Source: Eledone cirrhosa
Taxonomy: Eukaryota
Length of the DNA: 64,000 nucleotides
Assembly: GCA_964016885.1 (NCBI GenBank)
Contig: OZ024746.1
Location: 68,324,001-68,388,000 of the forward strand
Reading direction: 5' to 3'
The position numbers and the translations under genes were made by a program. The notes under the pieces were generated by a model. That model had not been told where the DNA came from and searched no databases. It saw only the letters and a program-made list of their open reading frames with translations. Below are positions 39,740 to 53,300 of this stretch, piece after piece. Every line of letters starts with the position of its first letter. Within the stretch, counting starts at the first letter, position 1.

Positions 39740-39984
39740 TATAATGCTCAGTATTTATACTTTGAGCTTGTTAATTGCAGGGTATCTATATGAGTTAATA
39801 ACTCTATATTTTATTTGTATATATATATACACATATACATATATATATACATACATATATACATATACACATATATACATATATATATACATATACACAT
39901 ATATACATATATATATACATATACACATATATACATAAATATACACATATAAATTTATATATACATACATATATACATATACAC

Positions 39985-40044
<60 letters not shown>

Positions 40045-40070
40045 ATACATACACATATACATATATATAT

Positions 40071-40806
40071 CATCATCATCATCACCGTTTTACGTCCGTT
40101 CTTCCACGCTAGCATGGGTTAGACGGGTTGTCCTGTTGTAGGCAGTGTCTGGTCGGCTGACCATGTCTTGCTCATACAGGAACTGTATGCGGTGGGGGGA
40201 GTGGGGGCATATTGTCTATATGCTTCAGCTTGTACCCAAGGGAGGTCGGGTACTCTGTATTACTGCGTGACGCCAGAAGTCACGGCCGTGTGTCATTGCC
40301 TTTGAGAGGTGTAATTGGGTAAGGTAGGCTTTTATCACCTCATCCCAGGTCATCTTGGGTCTCCCCACTCCGCGGTTTCCATCAACTTCTAGTGCTCTGC
40401 ACCTTTTTATGCAGCTGTCATCCTTCATACACATCACATGTCCATACCAGCGCAACCGCCTCTCCTGCACACAGCATTTGATTCCTCTTATGCTCAGTCT
40501 CTCTCTCAATTCATTTATGCTTTGTCGTTCACGTATATTACTGTTACACATCCATCGGAGCATGCAGGCTTCGTTTCTCTCTAATCTACGTAAGTCTTCC
40601 ACCTTCAGCGCGCAGGTCTCACTACCTTGCAACATTGCTGTTCGGATACACACATCATACAGTCTGCCTTTCATTCTGAGGGAGAAGCCTTTTGCAGCAA
40701 GCAGTGGTAGTAGTTCCCTAAACTTCTTCCATCCCGTTCTTACCATAGTTATTGTACTTTCTGAACACCCACCTCCGCTGCTAATTCGGTCACCTAGGTA
40801 GCAGAT
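40071..40806 (-). mobile_element. RTE-clade LINE 3' fragment
   Basis: [41 protein letters not shown], 3' UTR and (GAT)n; the same tail alone at 37347-37450. Confidence 0.9.
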
Positions 40807-40868
40807 ACATATATACATATACACATATATATATATATACACATATACATACATATATACATATACAC

Positions 40869-40899
<31 letters not shown>

Positions 40900-41022
40900 T
40901 ACATATATACATATACATATATATATAAACACACACATATATATATATATATACACACATATATACATATATATACATATATACATATATACATATATAT
41001 ACATATATACATATATATATAT

Positions 41023-41055
<33 letters not shown>

Positions 41056-41620
41056 TATATACATATATACATCATCATTTTTTAACATCCATTTTCCATA
41101 TATATATATCATCATTTTACGTCCGCTTTTCCCTATGAGAGAGAGACACACACATATATATATACCAAGGGCAATATATCTACATGTCTAGGCATATTGA
41201 TATATTTGTCAACGAAATATATATATATACATGCATTCATGTACACAAACACACATATATATATATTCATTTAACATATATGTGTGTGTGCGCGCGCATT
41301 ATATTACATAAAATGCATGGCAAACTGCTGTGAGTTTTATGAAGCAGCCTGATGTTAATATTGCTATGTGTAAATATGTACACATACTCACACACAACAT
41401 CTGTACATAAGCACACATACACACACACATGTATCTACATGTATGAATGGATATGCACATGTACATATATGTATTGGGTCGGCAAGTATGAAATTTGTAG
41501 AAAATAAACAAAGTTCTACAAATTTCATACTTGACAACCCAATATATATCCACACACACCCCGAGACACACACCCATAAGCCCACATTTCTACATGCATC
41601 TATAAATATAATATATATAT

Positions 41621-42010
41621 ATAATTGTTTCTACTTTAGGCACAAGGCCAGCAATTACCCAGTACATTACTGGTACTTTATTTTATCAACCCCGTAAGGA
41701 TGAAAGGCAAAGTTAACCTCAACGAGATTTGAACTCAGACCGTAAAGGGACGTAACTATGCTGGAAAGCATGGTGTCCAACCCTCTACTGATACTGCCAA
41801 TTCACCGCCCTGTATATATATATATAACTGTTTCTACTTTAGGCACAAGGCCAGCAATTATCCAGTGCATTACTGGTACTTTATTTTATCGACCCCGTAA
41901 GGATGAAAGGCAAAGTCAACACTCAGCGGGATTTGAACTCAGATCGTAAAGGGACGTAACTATGCTGGAAAGCATGGCGTCCGACCCTCTACCGATACTG
42001 CCAATCCACT
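41621..42010 (-). mobile_element. Two tandem full-length SINE family A copies
   Basis: 41621-41810 and 41824-42010, both with A/B boxes and the shared 3' end. Confidence 0.85.
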
Positions 42011-45000
42011 AGAACACTAGTGGGTTATATCCATAGTAGTAGCGCACTCAGTCCATGGAACAAGTTTGGTAGAAGTAGTTCCACAACTGTTAGTTCTCAG
42101 AAATGGTGAACTAACTGTTGTGGAACTACTTATAATATATATTTAAATGATTAAACATTGGTGTTTCTGTTCTATATATTTATATCTTTGTAATCGTTGC
42201 AGGAGGTGTAAAATTTGCTGAGTCTTTTTTATTTACAATATCTTATTATTTGGTTTCCAAAAGCTTAGGGTGGTTACTTAGTGGTCCTGGATCATGTTAT
42301 CTGTGGTGGCTGGTGAGTGTCTGGATACTTGGTGACCATAACCAGAGTACATATTCTGTGTTATTAGGCATAGCTTAAATTGTGACATGATCAGCTTTCA
42401 CCACTTTTACTCAAAATTCCCTCAGTCTTCCTCTTCAACAGATTTCTTCCTCTTGGAAAGTCTAGCATTTATTTACCTAAATGTTATCATCCCTACATAA
42501 TTCATGTCTATACCAGTTCAATATTTTCTCTGGAACATTATATTTAATTCCTTTTATACCTAGTTTTTTCTCTTAACCCACTTGTGCTTTGTCTTTCATG
42601 CAAAAGAAATCTTTTCAATAAAGGTTTATCATTTCTCATGCCATACAAGGTGTCAGAAAGTGATGATATATAGAGAACTAAAAGAGAGGATCTACAGTAA
42701 TTAGAGAGGAATGAGTTAGGCCTAATTTAATTAAAATGAAATAGGAGTTTGAAAAACAAACTTAGTATTAATGAAGTCATCATCATCATTTAACATCCAC
42801 TTTCCTAGTTAGCAAAGGTTGGACGGATCTTTACAAACCAAGTCAGTACTGAAATGGGCTACTGACCTCCTAGACAGTCCAGAGGTTCACATCTTGCTTA
42901 CATACTGTTCCATGTCCTACCATATCCTATGCATTTTACTGTGGCACCAGCATTAGAAAGGCTGTCATAGGAGAAATACCAAGAGACATGCTCTGCATGA
43001 AAACTTTGACCAGGGCTGATCATTAAGTTAATGATTTTTTCTTCTTATCACAAATATAATTTCAATTGATTGAAATTTATTGTCTCACTGAATTAAATAC
43101 ATTAGCTAATTACTAATGGGTTGAGACAGTGATTAAGTACAATAAGTTTTATAATAATAATGAAATTATTGTGTAAAGTGCTCAGGTGCACTACAACTCG
43201 TCAAAGGTGTATGTATAGTACATACTTAATTTTAGTCATCATATGCAAGAGATGTAATGAAATGTGAAACACACCTACTGTTTTTAACCCCCCAAACATC
43301 CTTTGATGGTTCCTTACTACAGAGACATTCTTTGCTTTATATTTTACATTCTGTCATGAAATATTTAGTAGCAAGACACATAGTATAGCAGACCAGTTCC
43401 ATCAGTTTGCTACATAACCTATTTTGAAGTAACTTTCAGGAAAAGTGCATAATGTAAAACTGATCAATTTGAGGTGAGTGTATACAGTCATTTGAAAATC
43501 TTTATGGAATTTGAATTTTCTTTGATTAAAATTTGTTATAGCTGTAATGCTATATATGTGTGGGCATATGGACTTGCAATCATAATGTCATAGGTTCAAT
43601 TCCTGGACTAGGTTGTGTGCTGTGATCTTGAGTAAGACACTTCATTTCACATTGCTCCAGTATACTCAGCTGAAAATGAGTACCAGCAATAGTTGGGGCT
43701 TTAACCCTGCAGGGACTCTTGTACTCTCTGTCTTATGAATATTATAGTAGCCTCCAGGCTCAAGACAGACTTTTTAAAAGTGTTATATATGATAGAATTA
43801 ATCTGTAAATAATATTTAGAAGCCTGATGCATCTATTTTATTGTTGCTAATCAAAATATTTATATATTTGTTTATAAAGCTTTAAATAAAGTTTTAACAA
43901 TTACTTCAACTTCATTTTATGGGTACATATAAAGACTACTGTTTATTCAATTAAACTTCAACCGCCCTAAGTTTTCTGATCTCTGGGCCCTGGCAATTGA
44001 TTTCTGATCTCAACCAGGCAAATGACAGTGAACATGGTAAAAATTAACAATCTCAAGAATAAATCTCTTTAAAAATGCAATGAATTCTTTCATTTATTCT
44101 TTTCATAGATTAATTTTACCACATAAGTAACTTAGACTGTCAATTGCTTTAATTTGAACATAAACAAATCTATACCAATCTAAAACTATCCACAAACTCA
44201 GGCAAATGTAATAATAGCCGATATATATATAAATTCATATAGAACTAAAGTTAAAAAAAGTTTTTAATTGCACAAGGACTTTATAATGACCCTGTATTGT
44301 TAATTGTAAACCCAACACAAAATTTGGGTTTACAAAGGAAATTAATTTTTCAAGTATACAACTGCTTATGATGTGTGTATGTTTGGATCACATGGAAGAA
44401 TAAATGAATTATGAATATTATAGTAGCATTTCTGACATGTTATTTCTACATTTAGATGTATACAAGCTATTTTTCATTATTTTCTTCTAATTTAACAAAA
44501 TTATTTTGTTTTGTTTTGATATTTAATGCAAGAGATAGATGATCCTATATAAGGATTAACAGTAATGTATTTCTCTAATTATGATTTTGAAGTTCTTCTT
44601 CACTGGAACCTATATTTATTTAGCTTTATATTGATTAACATTGGAGCTAATGACTAGTCAATGGTGATATTTAGTTGAAATTTACATTAAAATTTAATGA
44701 ATCTCTCTACAAACATGAAAATAAAGCAGAAAACAAAGAGAGAAAGAAAAGAGAAAGAATTACTACTCGTGTTTAACAAAACAGCAAGACGCCTACAAGA
44801 TGTTAGATATAAATTAGTTCACTTCTGTTACAATAACAATAATTATTTATGTATTTATAATAATTCACCATATATATATATATAAAGCACAAACAATGAT
44901 GTTATATTTGTGTATATATAGTGTATATATAAATCTCTCTCTCTCTCTCTCTGTTCATGTGTCTATGTGTGTGTGTGTGAAAGAGAGGGTTTCTATCAAA

Positions 45001-46746
45001 ACATGAAATGTTCTTCAACGTCCCTCACTCCTTCACTCCCTTCCTCTTGTTGTCTCTTATGTTATACTTCAGTGGCTTTTATTTCTTCTTCATATATTGT
45101 ATTCTTTCTGTAAGTAGTTAAGTCCAAAACCACTGTAGATCTCTGCCAATCAATAAATAGAAATTTGACCTCAAACAAACATTTCTCAGCTGTCTACTAG
45201 ATTTCCAATTTTCCACGTTTCCATCATTGTTATCACATTTACATTTTGCTAAAGCTCAAACTTCTTTACTTGCTTACAAGAAGAGAACAATCAATATTAT
45301 AACTGTAAAAGAGATGCCCTAGTGTTCAAAACTGCTAAGCAGTCACAGCATGTATGACTATTAGCAAGAAGGATAACTGAGAAATAAATATTTTTGTATT
45401 TGCTATAAATATAATGTTTAATACTAAAGCACAAAGTTAGTCAATGCATGAACACTTTCATGATCATATTACTAATGAAATACACTTCTTATGTGTTTTA
45501 ATTATTATTTTGTTTGATAATTACATTTTAAATTGTAATTTTGTTGAATAATCAATAATTTTAACTTTTCCATTAAGCTGGTGTTTGGAACATAATTTAA
45601 CAAAAGGGTCCTAAAATTATGTTGAAACGATTTATTTTGATATAAATACTTTAAAACAGGCAATTTTGTATCATAAAACAATCTCATATTTTTATCAAAA
45701 GAGTTAAACAGATTTTTCTCTGCTAAACTGCCACTTCTTTATAATACAGTGTCTGCTCTGTGAAAAAATTGATAGAGTTTAAACCATACAGTTCAAAGAT
45801 GAAAGCCTAAAAAGCCATCATTCAGGAAATTTGGTTAAGTAGTAGAATTATACTGAGATAAGTGGATAAATTGATGAAAAGACTGACATTTATCCTAGAT
45901 AAGAGTAAAAGTATATAGAAGAAATGTCTTTTGGGAACTTCCAACCATAACCAACTACATCTTACCTAGTTCCTTATTGACAAAAACAAAACAATATAAA
46001 CATCAGTAAGTATATTGTTAAAATCAAACATAAAATTATTTCAATGGAAATTGAACAAGAAGTATGCTTTTGACTTAGAACTAAAAACCTGTTTCAGAAA
46101 TATATTAGCCAGAAATAAAAATTCTGTCAACAGTTTGCAACAGAAATATAGAGTCATGTTGCAGAAATAGGACAGCAGATGTAACTGAGTATATCTATAA
46201 ATAAAATATTATCTATTATACAGTTCTTTGAATAAAGTAGTTATTTTATATAACATGGGAGACAATGTGACTACATTCAGCTGGTAACATTAATATAAAG
46301 TGTTTATATTCCAGCCAATAGTCAATTTAATGGTTATATCAGTGGGTAAGATTACACATTTCATCATTTTATCATCATCATTTTAAGTCCGCTTTTCCCT
46401 GCTTGCAAGGGTGGGACGGGAACTGATTCTGGCTTGATTTCTACAGCTGGATGCCCTTCCTAATACCAACCTCATTTACAGTGAGTGCTGGGTGCTTTTT
46501 TGCCGTGGCGCCTACACGCCCACTTAGCAGTGGAATGATATGGACTCCAGTCCCTATCATCTCATTTCACAGCTGAGTAAAGTGGAGCAATGTAAAATAA
46601 GGTGTCTTGCTCAAGGAAACAACACATCACCCGGTGTGAGAATTGAACTCACAACCTTTCGATTGCAAGGCCAATGCTATAACCACTAAGCCATGTGCCT
46701 CCATTTCATAATGAAATAAAATTAAACCAAATATGGTTCGTTTTAC

Positions 46747-46962
46747 TTAACCCTTTAGCATTTAAACTGGTCAGATCCAGCCAGAATTCTCTCACCTTTT
46801 TCTGTTCAAACCGGCTGTAACTGGCCACTCATATTGATATTAAGGTATTGTTCTAAAGATAAATAATATAAAAATCTCATAGATTCGATATTATGTGAGA
46901 TAAAGCCTTTACTGTGAAAATACAACAGTAAATATAGAGTAATGAAAAGGCTAAAGGGTTAA
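46747..46962. mobile_element. piggyBac-type MITE with intact TTAA flanks
   Basis: TTAA-CCCTTTAGC ... GCTAAAGGG-TTAA. Confidence 0.82.
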
Positions 46963-47042
46963 ATGTCACCCAACAGCAACCAGGAAAAGTTTATTTGAAA
47001 TTATATCATGATTTGTACTATATATGTAAGAATATATAATAT

Positions 47043-47211
47043 ATAGTTTCTACTTTTGGCACAAGACCAGCGACTACCCCAGTACATCACTGGTACTTTA
47101 TTTTATCAACCTCGTAAGGATGAAAGGCAAAGTTAACCTCGGCGGATTTGAACTCAGAACGCAAAGGGCCATAACTATGCTGCTCTACCGATACTGCCAA
47201 ACCACCGCCCT
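47043..47211 (-). mobile_element. SINE family A with 16-bp TSD
   Basis: AGAATATATAATATAT at 47029-47044 and 47212-47227. Confidence 0.82.
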
Positions 47212-48477
47212 AGAATATATAATATATGCCTATAAATAATCTGCTTAATGAAGTAAATAATCCAAAGTCAGAAACTAGTGGAAGGAAGGGAGGAAGTGGC
47301 CCTTAAACTGAAGGCCTGACCTAAAAATTTGCAACAAGGTAGGCTCCACTAAAATCACCCAAGGGGTAGATGATGGTGATTGTGAGGTAACATTGAATAT
47401 AACACGCCAAAATAGGAATAGTACCTAGGCTTCCATACAATATTTCTAGTTATTAAATGTTAATCACAAGGCTTTGGTCCACCCAAGCCTACATTAGAAG
47501 ATACTTGCCTGAAGTGTTGTACATGAGATCAAACCTAGAAGAGTTGGGTTGTAAAAAGTACTTAACAACACAACCATATATCTTAAACAGCTAGAAATAT
47601 GTTGAGCTTCAGCTAATTATTAAAACTTGTTGATAATTAATGAAAGAATCAATGTCACACAATGTCACAGAACTTCAAAAGTGTTATCATATATTTACCA
47701 TTTGAGATAATCTCTAGGAATTCAATACTTCATTTGATCAATTTACATTTTACATCCACTAACAGATATATGATTCATGCTGAGAGAGTGCTGAATGTTG
47801 TGAATATGTATCCTATTGCAGTCAAGTCATTGTTGCTCTTTGAGATAGTATGTAAGTGCATAAATCTAATATCTTTAAAAAAAAATATATAGATATGTAT
47901 GGATCCATAATTCTTAATGGAGTTGTAGGGATGTCGTCATAACATACAGCATTTCTTGAGCCTTTTTTAAACCTGATAGTACGGGTCATGTCTGCTGGTT
48001 TGAACACAGCTGATTTCTTCCAGAGAAGATGTGAGAGTAATACAGAGAAGATGTTATAAAGAGATATAGAGGAATAATTGACCCCAGTACTGGACTGGTT
48101 ACTTCTTTTATTGACCTCGTAAGGATGAAAGACAAAGTTGATCTTGGCAAGATTTGAAATCAGCATGCAAAAAGCCAGAACAAATACCACAAAGCATTCT
48201 ATCTGATATTCTAATGAGTCTGCCAATTCACCAATTTCTTATAAGAAATATTTCATACCAAATTAAGTAGTAGTTATTTTGCTATCATAGATTATATTTA
48301 GCATATCTATGTTTATGTATTCTAAAATATATATTAGTTTTTCTGCTTAAATAACCCTGGCTCTCTCCACTGAATAAAATCTGTCACAACACTGTTATAA
48401 TGATATAAACACACACACACACATTGAATCCTATGCATACATATGAGTATATGTGTGTGTATATATATATATATATA

Positions 48478-48916
48478 CGGGAGAGATGACCCCTTAGCCT
48501 TTGTCACGGGAGAGATGACCCCTTAGCCTTTGTCAAGGCAGAATTCTAGGAGAAGGAAAATTCTGATATAACACCTGCAACCCTGATGGTATCCAATGAT
48601 GTTGACTTGTTCTTCTTTTTGGTAAATATCATCTTCGTTAAGAGAGTGGGACTGGCTTTGTGCAGTGCCTTTGCTCACTATAAAAGCTTCACAGCACAGG
48701 CATTGCTTTATATCTGGAGATCTCTCTGCACTTGTCGTCACATGGTACCATGGGCCCAGCACTATGTGTCAATAATTGTCACAAGTGTAGTGTTTGTACC
48801 AGAGTTTTCAAGTCGCTGGCTGGACTAAAAAGTCACACTCGTTCAGCGCATCGGTAGGGGTTCTCCTACATGGATATAAAGTAGTGGCCATACTCAAAAA
48901 CGAGTTGGCAGCCACC
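48478..48916 (+). mobile_element. Bipartite non-autonomous RTE-derived element (5' UTR joined to ORF end and 3' UTR)
   Basis: RTE 5'-UTR-like CTAGGAGAAGGAAAATTCTGA; terminal C2H2 finger HKCSVCTRVFKSLAGLKSHTRSAHR* at 48780-48857; 3' stem-loop GTGGC...GCCAC before (AT)n. Confidence 0.65.
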
Positions 48917-48933
48917 ATATATATATATATATA

Positions 48934-49057
48934 TATTGTATAGAAGGAGCTTCTACAGGACTAGAACTGTTTCATTCAGATGAAATCTTCAGGGCTTCCT
49001 GAAGATTTCATCTGAATGAAACAGTTCTAGTCCTGTAGAAGCTCCTTCTATACAATA
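48934..49057. repeat. Perfect palindrome, 60-bp arms and 4-nt spacer, centred on a hammerhead motif (Penelope-like inversion)
   Basis: 48934-48993 is the reverse complement of 48998-49057. Confidence 0.85.
48992..49044 (+). ncRNA. Type I hammerhead ribozyme candidate
   Basis: GGGCUUC-CUGAAGA-U[UUC AUCU GAA]U-GAAA-CAG UUCUAGUC CUG-UA/GAAGCUC: stems I and III pair well, GUA cleavage triplet, but U.U at the base of stem II. Confidence 0.62.
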
Positions 49058-49129
49058 AATATACTTTACTCTGCCATGTATTGAGTACCTTACTTACTGT
49101 GGTTATCCCCGACTCAACCCGGGACCTAC

Positions 49130-49201
<72 letters not shown>

Positions 49202-49416
49202 ATATATATATATATGTGTGTATGTGTATGTATCATCATCATCATTTAATGTCCACTTTCCCTGCTAGCAAAGGTTGGTCGGGTTTACATAGACCAAGTC
49301 AGTATTGAATCGGGGTCACTGACACCCCAGATAAGCTGAAGAGGATTGTATTCTGCTTACATATGATCATTATCAAGTATGTGTTTATGTGTGCTTTTAC
49401 ATTCCTATAGTTATTA

Positions 49417-50004
49417 CTAGCAGTGGTACCCGGCGTTGCACGGGATAAGGTATTGTGAAATATATAACCGCCTTAGCTAAGCTTATTATTGCCACAACCA
49501 CGGCTGGCAAAGAAGTAAGGGTCTGGTGGTACGTAAGTAAGCAACACTGTGGCTTAAAACGTGAGGAAGAAGTTGTGTGCACTTACCAACTGTTTGGGGA
49601 ATGAGTGTGAAATTTGTCTTGAGCAAGGGTGGCAGAATAACTAGAGGCAACAGACAGCCAGACAAAGATTATAAGGGCGCGTTTTGGATGCAGAGCAAAT
49701 TGTAGGAAGTGACGTAATGCAGACAGCTAGACATACAGACAGATATTATAAGGGCGCGACGTTATATGTATGTATCTACCTAAAAAGAGAAAGACTAAGA
49801 ATTTTAGAGAGAGATCGCTAAATTGCCTAATGCGGTCCCTAGGGCATTGAAAATTTGAATTTTTTTTTTGCTCAGAACACTCCCTGAAACATAAGTATTA
49901 CATGTGTAAATTTGAAAACAGTCGATTGGGTGCTTCTCTAGTTTTAGGGATTCAAACACACACACACACACAGACATACAGACATCCTCAGTTTTATATG
50001 GAGA
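49417..50004 (-). mobile_element. Non-autonomous Helitron (Lep1-like architecture)
   Basis: (-) begins A|TCTCCATATAAAACTGAGG then TGTC/TG microsatellite; ends with hairpin CCCGTGCAACGCCGGG, a short spacer and CTAG|T. Confidence 0.78.
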
Positions 50005-53000
50005 TGAGAGAATAAATTTTAAAATGAGAAATCATTGAACACCCACACACATACCTCTCCCCACACACACATACCTCTCCCCACACACACACATACCTCT
50101 CCCCCCACACACATATCTCCTACACTCACTCATCCATACCCAGGATCTAGTGACAGTGAATAATAATGGTTTCTTTAGTGACAGTGAATAATAATAAGAG
50201 AAATTTTCCATAATTCACAGAAAAAGACAGATCAAATTACGTTACAAAATAATTCTATCAGTAAGGCTTGCATGGGATTAAGTTAAATGTGATATTTTAT
50301 GTCAAGATACAATGATAGAGAGGTGTATGAGTCAAAGAGAGAGCGGTTATGTAACTACTTGACCTGCTAGAGATAGTAGCCAAATTCCCTTCAAATTATA
50401 CACTAGATAATGTAGTATTAGATATACTATATCTGAAAACATGACTGGAATGGCTTACAGGAATAGACTGAAAAGTTGAGAGAATACATGCTAAGATGGA
50501 ATGAACCTCTTTAGCTTCTTGTTTTTGTTTTTTTTCATTGAAGCAACCTTCTTATGAAATTAACCTGTAAGTGGATGAGCATTCCACAGACACATGTACT
50601 ATTATCATAATTCACAGAGATTCAGCATGACACAGTTTGTGAGAAGGCTGGCCCTCTGAATTACAAGGTGAGTCTATCTAATGGGCTTCCAAACAGTTTC
50701 CATCTACATAATTTTACTTACAGGGCATAGTTTTACATGAAGCTATGATAAATGACACTTGACCAATATGACCTACAGTAGAATTGACCCCAGGACTTAA
50801 TGATTGTGAAGCAAATTGCTTAACCATTAGGGACAATGCTGTGTCCACATGTCCAGATAGTGACACTGTACCCATCACTATATGTTATATTGCACTGTGC
50901 AGTATGGATCAGAAATAGGCGGTGGCCTAGTATACCTAGAACAACAGATCTGTGGGTCATGCTTATTCATTTGGTTGACTATCGGCATAATACAGATCAT
51001 GTTCAACCAGAGCTGGCCTTCAGCAACACAACAACAACATAATACTAAAAAAAAAATTGAAAAGTGAATAAGAAATATTGTCCCTTCCAATAGAAGTTAG
51101 TCAAGTAATATATTAACTATTGTGTATATGAAATATCTTGGGAGGTAGACTTAAACTATCATATGGTTTAACACAACAACTCATTCTTTTGCTGTCTTTA
51201 GTAAAGTTCATGCTGTTGCATGTTTAGTAATATGGTGCGTGATTACAGATAATTAAGCAATTAAGATGATGTTAGCAATTAAGATGATAATTATCAAACC
51301 ATTATCACACATTCTGGTTTATTATTAATTAGTAGAGGAGGGGGGTTAGCACAATAGTGTTTACTATAAGTTTGATAATGGTGGCAATTTGGCAGAATCA
51401 TTAGAAAGAAAATAATATGATGGCTGATAATCTGTGTCCAAAGTTCTCACCATTGTATATAATTGCCAGGAAGGGCTTAGGATGCTACAAAACAATGTTC
51501 ATAAATGTTGATTATGTTAGATCCTCCAAAATACAACACATGAAGATCTTCCAAAAAAACTTGTGTTTACTGTTTGAAATCCACACAAAAATTAAATAAC
51601 ATTTGTGTAGAGAGCTAATTAACCCACAATATACTGAAATGATATTTTAGAAAATATGTAAAGACAGGTTTGTTAATTTAAATGATTGGAGCAGCTTTAC
51701 TAATGAACAGATCATTGTGAATATTTTCAGTATTAGAGTAAAGACTGTAATGCAATCATAATGCTATTTTGTGCATTTTAAGAATATTTTGCTAATGAGG
51801 TCTTGTGTGGAAAATAACATCAATAGCTAATGCTCCTTAGTACAATCAATAATATAGTTTACACTTATAATAGCATCAGGATGTCAGTTCCATGTACTAA
51901 AAACTGGCAATGTGAAAGTAATTTAATGTACTGTAATGTGATTGTCTGTAAGGCCTGCCTGTAAAGAAGTGTGAAGTGTCAATCAACAGTTTCCTTTGTA
52001 ATATCAGAATTAGCATATAATGGAATTATCTATTGCTTAGTCACTTCACTGTTGGTGGATAGTTACATGTCTTGTCCCAATAGAAATATGGAATTTACTC
52101 AAGAATATATAGTATACAACTTAATAGTATGTTTATTAATACTGGGGAAGTTTAGTTTCACAACAGGTTAAAGGAATTTCAAATATAGTAGTTTGTTGTT
52201 ACTACACAGTCATTCAGGCTAGATCTCTGAAAATAATTTCCCCTCTTCCTCAAACCAGTTTTGGAGGCCCTGAAAAAGGATCATAATGTCTGCATTTCCC
52301 CAGTGGCAATAAAAGAAAATAATTTAAAATAATTCTAATTTGGGAATAAAGCAATCCATAACCATTTTTATGTAGTAATTAAATAGACTTTAAATAAATA
52401 AACTGATATTGTCAGCCTCACTTTGCAACAATCGGTACATCAGCTGTCTGGCATAAGGCAGACTTGAGTCTGAGTCCCACAGGCAATGCTATCAACTTTA
52501 TTGTCCATGCAAGCGTGGAAAGACGGAAATGATGATGATGATGATATTATATTATGAACATAACTATTACTATCGTTGGTACTTCTGATTTTCTGAAAAA
52601 TATATGTTCAACAAAATTCCGTCACCTAATCTAAATGTTCTTATATTATTTCCCCCTGTCATATTTTGATATGTTATCCATTAATCTTACACTATTATCA
52701 TGTCACTCAATAGTATATAATTCACATTAGCTTTGAAGTTAAAGTATTGGATGACTGAGTTAGGAATTTAATAAACTCTACATCAACAATTTTGTTTTGC
52801 TTCTGGTCAAGGCATATATATATATATATATATATACTTGCTTCTCCCTGTCTGCATGATTGACAACAACTTCTATTTCTAGTACACAGTTAAATTGTTA
52901 GAAGTGGACAAACATACAACTGAAAAATCAATAACTTCAGATATCTCACATTTTTTAAATTAACTTCATTAGGAAAAATGAAAGGATAATGTTTTAAAAA

Positions 53001-53300
53001 TTGTAAAATTATTTACAATTTTTAAAATATATAAATTCTTTATCCCCTACTTCATTCAAAACACATACATGTAGATAGTGTGAATGTGCAAGAATTCTTG
53101 AAAAATCTTCCATCCATCACATTTTATAGTCAGCGTATCTTACCAACTTCATGGCATATTGTTAAGACAGATGTTATCAATCATTTCTAGAGATACATTA
53201 CATTACATTATATACATTAGAAAATAAAAACCTAATCTGGAATTAAAATTAAAGATTATAATATTAGATTTGTATAAAAGGGATAGAATATAAATATTAT

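Noticed and set aside
36820-41697. Many Ile/Tyr/His/Cys/Val-rich ORFs, including the N-terminal half of 40225..41151
   Set aside because: TA/CA microsatellite translations; only the RTE part of 40225..41151 is real coding remnant.
42203-42318. Possible plus-strand exon TTGCAG|...CTG|GTGAGT with one open frame
   Set aside because: The peptide is unrecognisable and such signal pairs are expected by chance in 64 kb.
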